This document shows, one piece after another, positions 40,056-50,507 of a DNA stretch of 64,000 bases. How positions within the stretch are numbered: position 1 is the first letter of the stretch; the number at the start of each line of letters is the position of its first letter. A model generated the notes under the pieces. That model was not told the origin of the DNA. It made no database searches and was given only the letters and a program-made list of their open reading frames with translations. A program made the translations under genes and the position numbers. The DNA comes from Candidatus Moraniibacteriota bacterium (GTDB lineage: Bacteria > Patescibacteriota > Minisyncoccia > Moranbacterales > UBA1568): the NCBI GenBank assembly GCA_016699425.1, contig CP064975.1, positions 859,957 to 923,956 on the forward strand. The letters are read 5' to 3'.

Positions 40056-43000
40056 TTAGTTTAGCATACGAAACCCGGGAATTTTCTTGCCTTCATGCCC
40101 CGCCAACGCCACGACACGGAGCACATACTCCTGGATCGACTCCCCGGTTCGGGCACGTGCGAGTTCAGTTCCGAATGTTTTCCCGGCTGCTTTCGAAAGT
40201 TTCGCGACCGTTTCCATCTGCGACCAGTGCAGTGGATTCTTCACCCGGTCATAAGATGAAAGCGGGTTCTTCACGAGTGCGTCGTGGTTCGACAACACAA
40301 CGGCTAGTTTCGCCTTCGCGAGTTCGGTCTGCGAAATCGGGTTGAAGTTCCGATCATACCCTTCAGTATTCATTACTTCATCCGTCAGAAAGATCTGCTC
40401 TGAGACATGTTTGAAGTTTCGGAAGATATCTTTCTGAGCGTCGGCTGGCAAGCTCTCGACATAGGTCATTACGTTGCCGGTCGGACTTAACAGTTCTGTT
40501 TCCGGACGAAGCTCCACAACGCCATCGACGGCATCATCCGAGACTATGACGGACTCGAGTCGACCAGCCGCACTGGCAGCTTGGCTTTCTTCAAAAGCCT
40601 TGACCAGACGTGGGTAAATGTCTCTGCCTCCCGCGGGTTTGCTCACAGTATCAGGTGTAATCCCGCCATCCTTCCCTGAAGATACATCGGCTGATGGTCC
40701 AGTTGGTGCCGCAACTTCGATCGGTGCACTACCCTTGGCTTCTTCGATAAGTTTGCTCATCTCATCTGCCGAGATGAGCTTGCCGATCTCGAGCTTGGCT
40801 CCCGCCTGGATATAGCTAGGAGAGAATTTCCCATCGGGACCCGCGACGAAACCGGCAGCGCGCGCCATATCCGGACTGGCATCGAGTTTCGCTTGCAGTT
40901 TCAACTCGACGAGTTTGGCAAACCGATCCGACGCACGCCGATCCATGTCCGGCACATCCTGGACCACACTCTTTGCCAGCTTCCAGATATTGTCACCGCG
41001 TTTCACCTCATGGGTCGAGAGGAAATCCTTCGCCTTCGGACTAACCTCTACACTTTGTCCGGCCGGGACTGCTGTTGCGACGGCTCCTGGCACCTCTGTC
41101 GCTGGTGACACGGAAGGGTTTGAAGTCACTTCACCGCCAGTCGGACCGCCGGCGACCGCACCCGCTCGAGTCTGTTCCACAACCGGCGCAGCTCCGGATG
41201 GAGGCGCCGCTGCATCAGATCCAGACTCTGAGACTGCTGCTGCCGGCACAGAAACAGCATCAGCTTTATCGACAAAAAACCCATGGGCGAAATGTGACGC
41301 CGCACCAGACCCTAGGACAACTCCTGCAAAGATCGCTCCTGATTTCCGGAGGAGTGCATTTCGTCGCCGTGCCCCTTCACCCCGCCGTGCCTTGGCTGCT
41401 TCGTCTTTCAAAAAAGCCTCGAGCAAGGAGAGATCCAATTTCCCGTCTCCTTCTTTCCCAGTAGCTATCGCCTCGACCGCTTTGGTCTCCACAGCATCTT
41501 CCATCTTCTGGAAAAACCCCGCCTGATCGGTTTCGACATTCACGCGCTTCTTCTCCCGACGACTGGCAGCATACTTGTCCATTCCAGCCTCAGCGACTAC
41601 AGCCAATCCTGCTCCGGCTGCAAGCCGTTTCAAAGCGAGGGCACCAATCGCGACCGATGCCACTCCTCCTGTGGCTGCCCCGAGCGCTACCGCCCCACCG
41701 ACAGTGACGGTCGCTGTCAAGAGATACTTGCCGTACTTCTTTGAGAACTCATTATTGGCCGTGCCAAGCTTTTCGATTCCTTGAACGGCCGCACCTCCCA
41801 TGATAGCCGACGCTCCAAGGAAATATTTGGCATAAGCCTTCCATTTCGCGGTCTTCTCACCTTCGACCTCTGCCTCCAGACTCCCGATAGTTTCCTTCCA
41901 GCGTGCATCTAACTTTTCCCCCAGCGGCTTCTTTTTCTGAACGTCACGCATCTCTTGCCGCGTTTTATAGATCTGGTCGCTCTCGTCGAACTGAACCTCG
42001 CAGATGAGTGACGCCATCTCGGGAGGAAGCTCCTGCACTGTCTTACCGGAATGCTTCAGCTTTTCGAGTTCCGCCGTCTGGAGCGCCAGGACCGCCTGGT
42101 CGTACGTGGAATGGAAGGCTCGGATATCATGATCATCGGACTCACGATGTCTCAGCGTACGAAATGTCTGCATCAGTTTCTTCCAGGTACTCCCTTGCGA
42201 TTCCTCGGCGACGATGAATGCCGTCCGCGCGGCCGTCACCGCTTCCCGGAGCTTGGCAATTTTAGCATCTTGCTCGGTCATGTCCGGCTTAGCTTCACCC
42301 TGTGCACCCAAGGGGGTGAGCGCCTCGACCGCCTGCCAACCCTCAGTCTGTGCCATTCTTTCCAGACCAGCTGCTCCCAAAGTACTAAAGCTCGAGTCAT
42401 CCTTTTCGTAGACCCAGTATTGATCCGATTTCTTTTCCACTCGTACCTCGCTCCCATTTGCCCTTCGGTAAGCGAGTTTGCTTCCAGCATCGAGAAGAAC
42501 GAGTGCCGCTGCGATATCCACCCCCTTCGGTATCGGTAGTGGTTCAGGCGTCGGCATTGGTTCAACTTTCGGGGCCACTGGCGGCTGTGGGAATGGCTCT
42601 GCTTGCGGGACCGTGGTCGCAGCATCTGGTTCGATCGGATCAGCTTTGGGTGTTGCCGCAGCCGCATCTGGACTCGGTGCCTGAGCCACCGGCACCGGGG
42701 TGGGTTCAATGTGTGGAGTCGCCACTGGTTCTACCGGCGCGACCATCTGGTGCAGACTATATCCATTGCCTATCAGCCCCTCAAGCCTTTTCAGCGTTAC
42801 TGTCTTTTCCTTGATATTTTCTCCCTTCGAACCATGGGTAGTTTCGATGATTTTTACCTTGTGAGCCTTTCCTGCATTGACCAATTCGATAATCCTGATT
42901 GTATGTTCTGACCGTCCACCTGAAGCCTTTTCCCAGACCTGACCCACGACAAAGCCCGAGGCTTCAACCACTCCTTCTATGGATGCCTTCGGTTCCACGA

Positions 43001-43823
43001 CGGCAGCCGGCGGAGTCGCTGCATGAAGTGCAGGCGCGGTAACGACATCGCTTTTTGTATCAGAAAGCTCTGCTAATTTTTCCAAATAGACCGTTTGGAT
43101 CTCAGCTTGCATTTCGTATGCCCCTTTCTCGACGGCCTTGGCAAAATGGGAACCCGTAGAAACAGCATATTTCCGCAAGAGAGCCTTTAAAGGTTTACCC
43201 ACAACAAAACATGGTACCGTGGTCCATCTGCCATTCCCACTAGCTTCATTTTTCAGGGAATACAGCTCAGACAAGGTATCCGCGGCCTTCATTCTCGCTA
43301 TCCAGTCATCCTTTTGTCGTGAGAGCTCGTCGAGTATTTCAGCGACTACCCTTTCCCGTGAGGCTTTCGCATCGATGTCTCCATCTAGTACCGAAGAAAC
43401 GACAGAGCTACCGTCACCTCTTCCTGGAGAATCTTTCTCTTCGTCTGGCTCTGCGACGCCGGGGGAAAGGCTCGGATCCGCGGCGTCTACTTCCCCTTCT
43501 TCGGGAAAAACGTCGAGTGCGTCTTCTGTGGAACGTCCGGCAACACGTGCATTCGCTGCCATTTCTCGCTCTGTTTTCTCTACTTGAGCCTGATCATACC
43601 CAAATGGACTCACATCCCTTTTATCCTCATCCAATTTTTCCAGGTATTCATCTATTTCCTTTTGAGTAGGCTCCTGCTGTACCGGTGGCACAGGATCCGC
43701 CACCGCAGGAGTAACGGTTTTTGATTCGATCGCAGCTAATTCCTCCGCCAGAAATTTATCGATTACCGCCTGAGCATTCGGCAGCGCCTCGACACTTCCA
43801 TTGATTGTGGGGTTTGGTTCCAT
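40056..43823 (-). CDS. giant (1255 aa) polytopic membrane protein with Pro-rich linkers and a LysM-like domain
   Basis: Gly/Ala-rich TM cluster mid-protein; HEVKRGDNIWKLAKSV LysM-like. Confidence 0.6.
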   Translation of the reverse strand: MEPNPTINGSVEALPNAQAVIDKFLAEELAAIESKTVTPAVADPVPPVQQEPTQKEIDEYLEKLDEDKRDVSPFGYDQAQVEKTEREMAANARVAGRSTEDALDVFPEEGEVDAADPSLSPGVAEPDEEKDSPGRGDGSSVVSSVLDGDIDAKASRERVVAEILDELSRQKDDWIARMKAADTLSELYSLKNEASGNGRWTTVPCFVVGKPLKALLRKYAVSTGSHFAKAVEKGAYEMQAEIQTVYLEKLAELSDTKSDVVTAPALHAATPPAAVVEPKASIEGVVEASGFVVGQVWEKASGGRSEHTIRIIELVNAGKAHKVKIIETTHGSKGENIKEKTVTLKRLEGLIGNGYSLHQMVAPVEPVATPHIEPTPVPVAQAPSPDAAAATPKADPIEPDAATTVPQAEPFPQPPVAPKVEPMPTPEPLPIPKGVDIAAALVLLDAGSKLAYRRANGSEVRVEKKSDQYWVYEKDDSSFSTLGAAGLERMAQTEGWQAVEALTPLGAQGEAKPDMTEQDAKIAKLREAVTAARTAFIVAEESQGSTWKKLMQTFRTLRHRESDDHDIRAFHSTYDQAVLALQTAELEKLKHSGKTVQELPPEMASLICEVQFDESDQIYKTRQEMRDVQKKKPLGEKLDARWKETIGSLEAEVEGEKTAKWKAYAKYFLGASAIMGGAAVQGIEKLGTANNEFSKKYGKYLLTATVTVGGAVALGAATGGVASVAIGALALKRLAAGAGLAVVAEAGMDKYAASRREKKRVNVETDQAGFFQKMEDAVETKAVEAIATGKEGDGKLDLSLLEAFLKDEAAKARRGEGARRRNALLRKSGAIFAGVVLGSGAASHFAHGFFVDKADAVSVPAAAVSESGSDAAAPPSGAAPVVEQTRAGAVAGGPTGGEVTSNPSVSPATEVPGAVATAVPAGQSVEVSPKAKDFLSTHEVKRGDNIWKLAKSVVQDVPDMDRRASDRFAKLVELKLQAKLDASPDMARAAGFVAGPDGKFSPSYIQAGAKLEIGKLISADEMSKLIEEAKGSAPIEVAAPTGPSADVSSGKDGGITPDTVSKPAGGRDIYPRLVKAFEESQAASAAGRLESVIVSDDAVDGVVELRPETELLSPTGNVMTYVESLPADAQKDIFRNFKHVSEQIFLTDEVMNTEGYDRNFNPISQTELAKAKLAVVLSNHDALVKNPLSSYDRVKNPLHWSQMETVAKLSKAAGKTFGTELARARTGESIQEYVLRVVALAGHEGKKIPGFRMLN

Positions 43824-43827
43824 AGTA

Positions 43828-45519
43828 CTAGGATTTGTTCACAGGTTCTGCTGCCATCAATTCTCCCATAAGTGTCTCCGTATCGGAAGAAGTAAGTTCA
43901 ATCTTGTCTATCACCCGCGGTATCTTTGCCAAGAGGAATGTTCTAAGTGCCTGTGAAATCTCTGGTGCACACTCCGCAGGATCTTTTTTGTTCGCCCGCA
44001 ATAGCCCTTCGAGACGAGAGACGAAGCCGGCCTTCAATAAGAATAGTTCTCGCCGCAATCGGCTCTGATCCGCCGAACGTTCCCACTCCGTCAAATCCTT
44101 GAGATCGGTGATCGGACGACCGGTTCGGAACTCTCTCACATTCGTCGTCGGCTCTGGCTCAACATGATCCGTGTCTGGCTGATCCTCCACCAGAGGAGGT
44201 GCTGTCACTGGATCAGACTGATCCGGCGCATCTGGCTCTCTTTGGGCATCAGCCTTAGCGGCAGCAGGCTCGGTGGCCACTGCAGCAGCAGCTGACTGGT
44301 CCTCGACAACCACTGGTTCTCCAACCGAGACGGCAGGTGCGGCTTCTGCCGATGCTCCAACTACAACTGGTTGAGGCGTCTCCTTTTCCAAAGCAACGAG
44401 CGTATCAGGTGATGTTTTTTTCCTTTCCTGCGCATCTCTCGACTTTTGCCACGTCTCACGCAATTTTGGCGCAGCTTTCTCCGCTTTCATGACCCACTTC
44501 TCCATTGGAACGAGTACATTTGTTTCAAAATGTACTCGTTTGTCGGCATTCCATTTCTTCGGATCAGTGCCCGATTTCAACCACTCTCCCGCTTTCATCA
44601 TCGGGAGATCACCCTTCCACCCCTTCCTGATTGCATGTAAGAGATAGTCTTTAGGAAATCCTGAATGAAGCGTCTTCCATCGTGCAGTGAGCTCCCCCAG
44701 CTTCGCGACTTTTTCCTCGATACTCTCACCAGGCTCAACTTCAACCGACTGCACTAATGGTCCGTCCTTACTCTTTTCCCCTTCCACATTTCTGCTCAAA
44801 GACACCGCGCTTCCCTCACGCCCTCGCCGTGACCCAGGTTTACGATCTTCTTCTCTTCCAACGGACGGGCGAGTAGGCTTCAAACTTGCAGCCTGACGAC
44901 TGTCTTTCGATTTTTCCTCTTGACGAGCCGATTCGATCGCTGCTTGGATCGCCTTGATATAGTCTTCAAAATTCACCTGGACCGTCCGGAGGGTATCAAT
45001 AGCATCCAAGTAAGCTGCCGAACGATTCACTTCCGATAAGTCTCCAGGTTCGAGATACGGTGCAATTGATTGCTTTGCCTTTTCAAGGTCGGCCCTGACG
45101 GAATCCTGGAAATTCTGACCATTGATATCCAGCTCTGCTTCAGGGTGTTCCAATGCCAAGGCCATTAAGAGGGTATGTGCCTTTTCAATATTGTCCATCA
45201 GTTCCTGAGGATTGTGTCCTTTCTCGTTTCGACCCTCCACCTGTGTCTCAACCGAAACTAAGGTCGACGTCTCAGCCCACGTTCCCAAACCGCCCCGATG
45301 ATGGATTGCCCGTCCTGAAACTGGTCCACCTTTCCCTTCACGCTTTTCCCTCTCCGGTTTCCCTTCTGGTGCTCTCCGTCCTGATTTACTGTCAGCCGAA
45401 AGAACCGAATCAACAACTTTCGGTTCCTCTACGCTTGGAGCCTTGAGGATCACTCGTCCCGCAATCGCTCCCTTCAATTTTTCTGCAAATGGACTAGCCA
45501 CCAGCTCTGCCATAATCAC
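43828..45519 (-). CDS. hypothetical protein (563 aa, soluble, charged)
   Basis: ORF, first gene of operon. Confidence 0.5.
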   Translation of the reverse strand: MIMAELVASPFAEKLKGAIAGRVILKAPSVEEPKVVDSVLSADSKSGRRAPEGKPEREKREGKGGPVSGRAIHHRGGLGTWAETSTLVSVETQVEGRNEKGHNPQELMDNIEKAHTLLMALALEHPEAELDINGQNFQDSVRADLEKAKQSIAPYLEPGDLSEVNRSAAYLDAIDTLRTVQVNFEDYIKAIQAAIESARQEEKSKDSRQAASLKPTRPSVGREEDRKPGSRRGREGSAVSLSRNVEGEKSKDGPLVQSVEVEPGESIEEKVAKLGELTARWKTLHSGFPKDYLLHAIRKGWKGDLPMMKAGEWLKSGTDPKKWNADKRVHFETNVLVPMEKWVMKAEKAAPKLRETWQKSRDAQERKKTSPDTLVALEKETPQPVVVGASAEAAPAVSVGEPVVVEDQSAAAAVATEPAAAKADAQREPDAPDQSDPVTAPPLVEDQPDTDHVEPEPTTNVREFRTGRPITDLKDLTEWERSADQSRLRRELFLLKAGFVSRLEGLLRANKKDPAECAPEISQALRTFLLAKIPRVIDKIELTSSDTETLMGELMAAEPVNKS

Positions 45520-45756
45520 ACCATCGTTACATTTTTTCTTTTTCCAAGCCTATTTGCTATAATTTTAACAGAGCTCGAAGAAAAAGTCTCTTCCGTCAGG
45601 AGATATCGGAAGTTTCGAGCGAGCAGCACGAAGATCGAGGAGGGCTACCTATCCGGTAACGTGACGAGATCTGAGGTGGTGCACAGCCGAAAATGCCGTT
45701 ATTGAGTAGGAAAAGGACTTTTTCTTCGAGCTCAAAGGTAAGAACACAAAAACGAA

Positions 45757-47376
45757 ATGTTGTCTGATACTCCACTCCCAGAAAAGCGCTGGACCGAGCG
45801 CGTGACGCCGTATGTTTTATTCGCAATCCTCGCTCTCGCTCTCTTCGTCCGGGTCTATCACCTCGATTCGCTGCCCGCTGGCCTCTATCCGGATGAGGCG
45901 ACCAATGGCACCGACGCCCTCCTCGCCAATGAAACTGGCGACTACCAACTCCTCTACACAAACAACTACGGCCGCGAGGGACTCTTCATCAATCTCCAGG
46001 CGCTGGCCATCAAATACTTCGGCAATACCGTGCCCGTCCTGAAGTTTTGGTCCGTCGTTTTCGGGACGCTCGCCGTTTTCGGGATCTACCTCCTCGCCCG
46101 AGAGCTTTTCGCGCGCCGATTGTATGCCCTGATCGCCGCTTTTCTCCTCGCCACCAGTTACTGGGCCATCAACTTCTCCCGGATCGGCTTCCGGGCGATC
46201 ATGGTGACCTTTCTCCTCACCTTTTCGTTCTACTTTTTCTTCCGCGGACTTCGGACGAACCGGCTCCGTGATTTCCTTTTCGCCGGACTCTTCCTCGGCA
46301 TCGGCCTCCATACCTATGTCGCGTTCCGACTCGCGCCACTCATCCTGATTGCACTCCTTCCCGCACTCCTCCTCACCTATGAGCGCTTCCTCGCCCGCTA
46401 CTGGAAGCACATCCTCGCCTTCACACTCGGGGCTTTCATCACCGCTGCACCGATGTTCTATGATTTCTATATCCACCCAGACCATTTCTCTTCGCGGACC
46501 GGAGCCGTCTCCATTTTCTCACCCGACATCAATCACGGAGACTTCTGGGGCACCTTCGGCAAGACTTTTGGTCTCTCGATGGTGAAATACAATTTCTGGG
46601 GCGATCAAAATTGGCGCCACAACTATCCCCCCTATCCGATCCTTGATCCCGTGACGGGTGCGCTCTTCCTCGCAGGGTTCCTCTACCTCGTCTGGGAGAC
46701 AGTCAAACTCATCGGACTACGACTGCGCGAGAAGCTCCGAGACGAGCAGCTGGTCCGGAACTGGTTCCTCCTCTCCGCTTTCTTTGTCATGCTCATGCCA
46801 GAATTCCTGACCGAAGAAGGCCTCCCCCATGCGCTTCGAGCGATTGGTACCCAGATGCCCGTCTACCTCATCGCCCTCATTCCTATCGCCTGGGTCGTGA
46901 ACCGAGCTCGACACTCCCTCGCGGGCGGACGCATCGCGCTCTATTCACTCCTTGCCCTCAGTCTCCTCTTCGGGGCCGCTTTCAACCTGACCAAGTATTT
47001 CGTTTTCTTCAATCACAACCCCAATCAGCATGGGGCCTTCAATCAGAACTTCCGCAACATGGCCGTCTACGCGATGAGTCTGCCCGCTGACACCATGAAA
47101 TACGTCGTGACCAACGGGGGCGGCCGCATGATGGAAGACGGTCTGCCCGTTTCCGCGCAACCGATCAAATTCCTGACGTATGGCAAGATCGAAAACCTCG
47201 TCTATCTGACACCAGAAACCAAAATCCGAACTCGTAATAGTGTCATCATCCTGATGAATCGAGACGAGCGGATTATCGAGCGCTTGAAGAAACTACAACC
47301 GAACATCCAAACAGAACGGATTGACCTCTATCCTGGGACGACGAGCGAGTTCACCGTCCTGCGCTTCCCTCAATAA
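45757..47376 (+). CDS. glycosyltransferase family 39/83 (PMT/ArnT-like, lipid-carrier dependent)
   Basis: YPDEATNG first-loop DE motif, ~11 TM. Confidence 0.7.
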   Translation: MLSDTPLPEKRWTERVTPYVLFAILALALFVRVYHLDSLPAGLYPDEATNGTDALLANETGDYQLLYTNNYGREGLFINLQALAIKYFGNTVPVLKFWSVVFGTLAVFGIYLLARELFARRLYALIAAFLLATSYWAINFSRIGFRAIMVTFLLTFSFYFFFRGLRTNRLRDFLFAGLFLGIGLHTYVAFRLAPLILIALLPALLLTYERFLARYWKHILAFTLGAFITAAPMFYDFYIHPDHFSSRTGAVSIFSPDINHGDFWGTFGKTFGLSMVKYNFWGDQNWRHNYPPYPILDPVTGALFLAGFLYLVWETVKLIGLRLREKLRDEQLVRNWFLLSAFFVMLMPEFLTEEGLPHALRAIGTQMPVYLIALIPIAWVVNRARHSLAGGRIALYSLLALSLLFGAAFNLTKYFVFFNHNPNQHGAFNQNFRNMAVYAMSLPADTMKYVVTNGGGRMMEDGLPVSAQPIKFLTYGKIENLVYLTPETKIRTRNSVIILMNRDERIIERLKKLQPNIQTERIDLYPGTTSEFTVLRFPQ

Positions 47377-47409
47377 TCACCCTCATAAATCACTCACGCT
47401 CGACGCTCT

Positions 47410-49362
47410 ATGGAAAACCTGAAACGCCTCGCCCCGCAGTGCCTCGCCCTCATGATGGTGGCTTTTTTCGCCACTTCCATCCTCGTTTCCTATCAGGAAT
47501 CGACGACCATGGATGAGAAGGCCCATATCCCGGCTGGCTACAGCTATGTCCGCTACCAGGACATGCGCATCAATCCCGAGCATCCACCACTCCTGAAAGA
47601 CCTCGCCGGACTCGCCCTCCTTCCGCTCAACCCCGCCATGCCCAAAAGCGATCCCCTCTGGGAAAGTGGCGACTGGCTCGACCTCTCCAAGTTCCCCGAG
47701 GGATCAGCTCGGACCTGGGGTCTCGCTCAATGGGCATTCGGTGACAAACTCCTCCACCAAAACGGCAACGATGCCAATCTCGTGACCTTTTGGGCGCGTT
47801 TCCCCTTCATCCTCGTCTCGCTCCTCCTCGGTTTCTTCATCTTCCGCTGGACGAAGGAACTTGCTGGGACAGTTGCTGGCCTCTTCGCAGCCCTCCTCTA
47901 CTTCTTCGATCCGAACATCATCGGTCACAGTCACTATGTCACGACCGACATCGGCATTGCCGCCTTCATTTTCTTCGCCTTCTACTTCTTTGTCCGTTTT
48001 CTGAAGGATCCAAGTAACAAAAACATCCTCTGGTCCGGTGTCTTCCTCGGCCTCGCTCAATTGGCCAAATTCTCCGCCGTCCTCCTCTTTCCAATTTTTG
48101 GAATGTTTGCCGTGCTGTATGGATTCGCGCTCACCGTCGATGCTGTCCCGGGCGCCTGGAAAATTAGATTGAAGAACGCCTTCTTCTACGGACTCAAATA
48201 TCTGGGTAGCGTTGCGGTCTGTTTTGTCGCGATCTGGATCCTGTACTTCTTCAATACGGTCCAGATGCCGGGAGAGGTGATCGCTGAAATCGCCCGCGCC
48301 CAGTTTCCCAACACCAAACTGATTGGCCAGGTCGCCGAGACCAGCGTCATTACCATGAGCAATTCGGCTATCCTGAAGCCATTCGCCGAATACTTCCTCG
48401 GCGTCTTCATGGTGTTCGCCCGAGTCGCAGGCGGCAATACCTTCTACTTCTTGGGACAGGTCTCGAATCACGCTTCACAACTCTACTTCCCCGTCGTCTT
48501 CGTCCTGAAAGAGACTCTCCCAATGCTGTTCCTCCTCCTCACGACATCATTGTATGCTCTCTATCGGATCGGTCAGGCGCTCCTCCGACGGAACGGTGCC
48601 AGCCTCCTTTCGGTCATCACGACCTCATTCCGCGAACGGATCGCCCAATATCTGATGGTCTTCTTCGTCCTCTTCTATAGCTATGTCAGCATCACCGGCA
48701 ACCTGAACATCGGCTTCCGCCACCTCTTCCCGATTCTTCCCTTCCTCTATGTTCTCGTCGCCAAAGCCGTCTTCGATATCCTGAAACGCGAGAGCGAACA
48801 CCCCGCCACTCACCGGACGCTGCGTATTTTCCTCGCCTGTGCGACCTTCGCGATTATCGCTATTCCCGTGTGGTCTTACCCGAGCTACCTCTCCTACTTC
48901 AATATCATCGGTGGCGGGCACGAGAAAGGCTATCAGTATGTGACCGACTCGAACTACGACTGGGGCCAGGATCTTCGACGGCTCCGCGGCTTTGTCGACA
49001 ACTACAACCAATGCGTCGAAAAGCGCTTCACGACTCCCCTCTGCGAACCGTTCCGCGCCCTGGCCACCCCCAAGGACCAGCCAATCGATGTGATCCGGGT
49101 CGATTATTTCGGCGGCTCCAATCCTGCTTGGCAGCTCGGCGACCGGCTCAAAGGCTGGCATTCACACCTCGCACCAGAAGCCGGCTGGTATGGTCTCTCA
49201 ATCGGTTTCCTGCAAGAGAATTGGTACAAGCCCCTCGAGCCCGGCGAGCTTTCGTATGACTGGCTCCGTGGGCGCAACCCTGACTTCCGAGTTGGTGATT
49301 CCATCTTCGTGTACTACATCAGCCCCGAAGAAGTGATCGCAAAGACCGCGCCGGTTCAGTAG
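47410..49362 (+). CDS. glycosyltransferase family 39/83 (PMT/ArnT-like), paralog
   Basis: TMDEKAH DE motif in first loop, polytopic. Confidence 0.7.
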   Translation: MENLKRLAPQCLALMMVAFFATSILVSYQESTTMDEKAHIPAGYSYVRYQDMRINPEHPPLLKDLAGLALLPLNPAMPKSDPLWESGDWLDLSKFPEGSARTWGLAQWAFGDKLLHQNGNDANLVTFWARFPFILVSLLLGFFIFRWTKELAGTVAGLFAALLYFFDPNIIGHSHYVTTDIGIAAFIFFAFYFFVRFLKDPSNKNILWSGVFLGLAQLAKFSAVLLFPIFGMFAVLYGFALTVDAVPGAWKIRLKNAFFYGLKYLGSVAVCFVAIWILYFFNTVQMPGEVIAEIARAQFPNTKLIGQVAETSVITMSNSAILKPFAEYFLGVFMVFARVAGGNTFYFLGQVSNHASQLYFPVVFVLKETLPMLFLLLTTSLYALYRIGQALLRRNGASLLSVITTSFRERIAQYLMVFFVLFYSYVSITGNLNIGFRHLFPILPFLYVLVAKAVFDILKRESEHPATHRTLRIFLACATFAIIAIPVWSYPSYLSYFNIIGGGHEKGYQYVTDSNYDWGQDLRRLRGFVDNYNQCVEKRFTTPLCEPFRALATPKDQPIDVIRVDYFGGSNPAWQLGDRLKGWHSHLAPEAGWYGLSIGFLQENWYKPLEPGELSYDWLRGRNPDFRVGDSIFVYYISPEEVIAKTAPVQ

Positions 49363-49390
49363 CAATAAACGTCAGGTGAAAAAAGAGCGG

Positions 49391-50344
49391 TTACTCACCG
49401 TTCTTTTTCTTATTCTTCAGGGCTGGCTTTTCCTCCGAACCAGTCGTCGTCGGGAGGACTGCCTCTGTGGGTGGTCCATCACGTTCAACATAAAAAACCT
49501 TGCCTTCGACCCGGAGATCGACTGATGCGAGCCGGGACCGATCTTTCCCTTCCTTGGTGTACTCCGCGAGGAACACCTGAAGCATCCCGAGACTCTCTTC
49601 GGGTGGCCGCTCGACCGAGACGGTGAGTCGCCAGCCTTCTCCGGTCAACAGTGTCAGTTCGCCGGAATAGCGCGAGGGAGTCGTCGCTTCGCCCGGTATC
49701 GTCCCGGGTACGAACTTTGGTAACTGTTCGTGGAACGTGCGGAATGTCTCGAGATATGTATCAATTGAAAGTGCCTCTCCGACGGCCACCGGCAGCGCGC
49801 TCCCATCGATGACCGAGAGTCTGAGCGCATCATACCGGCTCTCATCAGCCGCTGGGACGAGTACTGCCATACCATGACGCACTCCATAGCAGGGACCACC
49901 GGCACACCAGCGAAGGAACACGGGGGACTCGGTCAGGTGAAGAACGACGCGATCAGGAAACTGCCGCGTAACGGACACTCCTGTGACGAGCGGGAAACGT
50001 TCCAGGATAGTTTGTTCGATAGAGCGTGACGGGATGAGGAAAAAATTACGTTTCGCCAGCCATCCGAGGTATGCCCCATCCATTGCCACCTCGACGACTG
50101 CCCGGTATTCCGTGGGCGAGACGATCTCCCCACCTTCAACCGACACTTCTCTGATCGAGAGTGACGGAGAGAAGAACAACACGTACCCGCCGACGAGGGA
50201 GAAGGCTGCCCAGAGCGCAAACGGCGCCCAAGGGAACGACCCGTGAACTGGCGTGGTTGTCCGCCGCCGCGAAGCCTTCCCCTTGTGAGTGAGCATCGCC
50301 GCTTCAAAAATTTTCGATTGGCTAGATTTTTTTTGTTTGAACAT
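49391..50344 (-). CDS. ftsQ: cell division protein FtsQ/DivIB-like (POTRA)
   Basis: single TM then POTRA-like IREVSVEGGEIVSPTE. Confidence 0.6.
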   Translation of the reverse strand: MFKQKKSSQSKIFEAAMLTHKGKASRRRTTTPVHGSFPWAPFALWAAFSLVGGYVLFFSPSLSIREVSVEGGEIVSPTEYRAVVEVAMDGAYLGWLAKRNFFLIPSRSIEQTILERFPLVTGVSVTRQFPDRVVLHLTESPVFLRWCAGGPCYGVRHGMAVLVPAADESRYDALRLSVIDGSALPVAVGEALSIDTYLETFRTFHEQLPKFVPGTIPGEATTPSRYSGELTLLTGEGWRLTVSVERPPEESLGMLQVFLAEYTKEGKDRSRLASVDLRVEGKVFYVERDGPPTEAVLPTTTGSEEKPALKNKKKNGE

Positions 50345-50507
50345 ATTAGGGCCTATTTCACAATTCGTTTACGTCGCGAAAAACCAGAATTTCAAGCGGA
50401 TATGACGAATAACGAGGAGGGATATCGAGATATTTCGACGAGTTTTGAGACATGAGCAGCTGAGATTATGGTATTGCAACGGGATCAGGAATGTTGAGAT
50501 AAGCACT

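Noticed and set aside
45817-46485. Long antisense ORFs inside GC-rich genes (for example 45817..46485, 47704..48471, 28269..29321, 19186..20154, 10105..10857)
   Set aside because: These are shadow ORFs opposite well-supported genes with strong motif evidence, with no RBS or independent signals.
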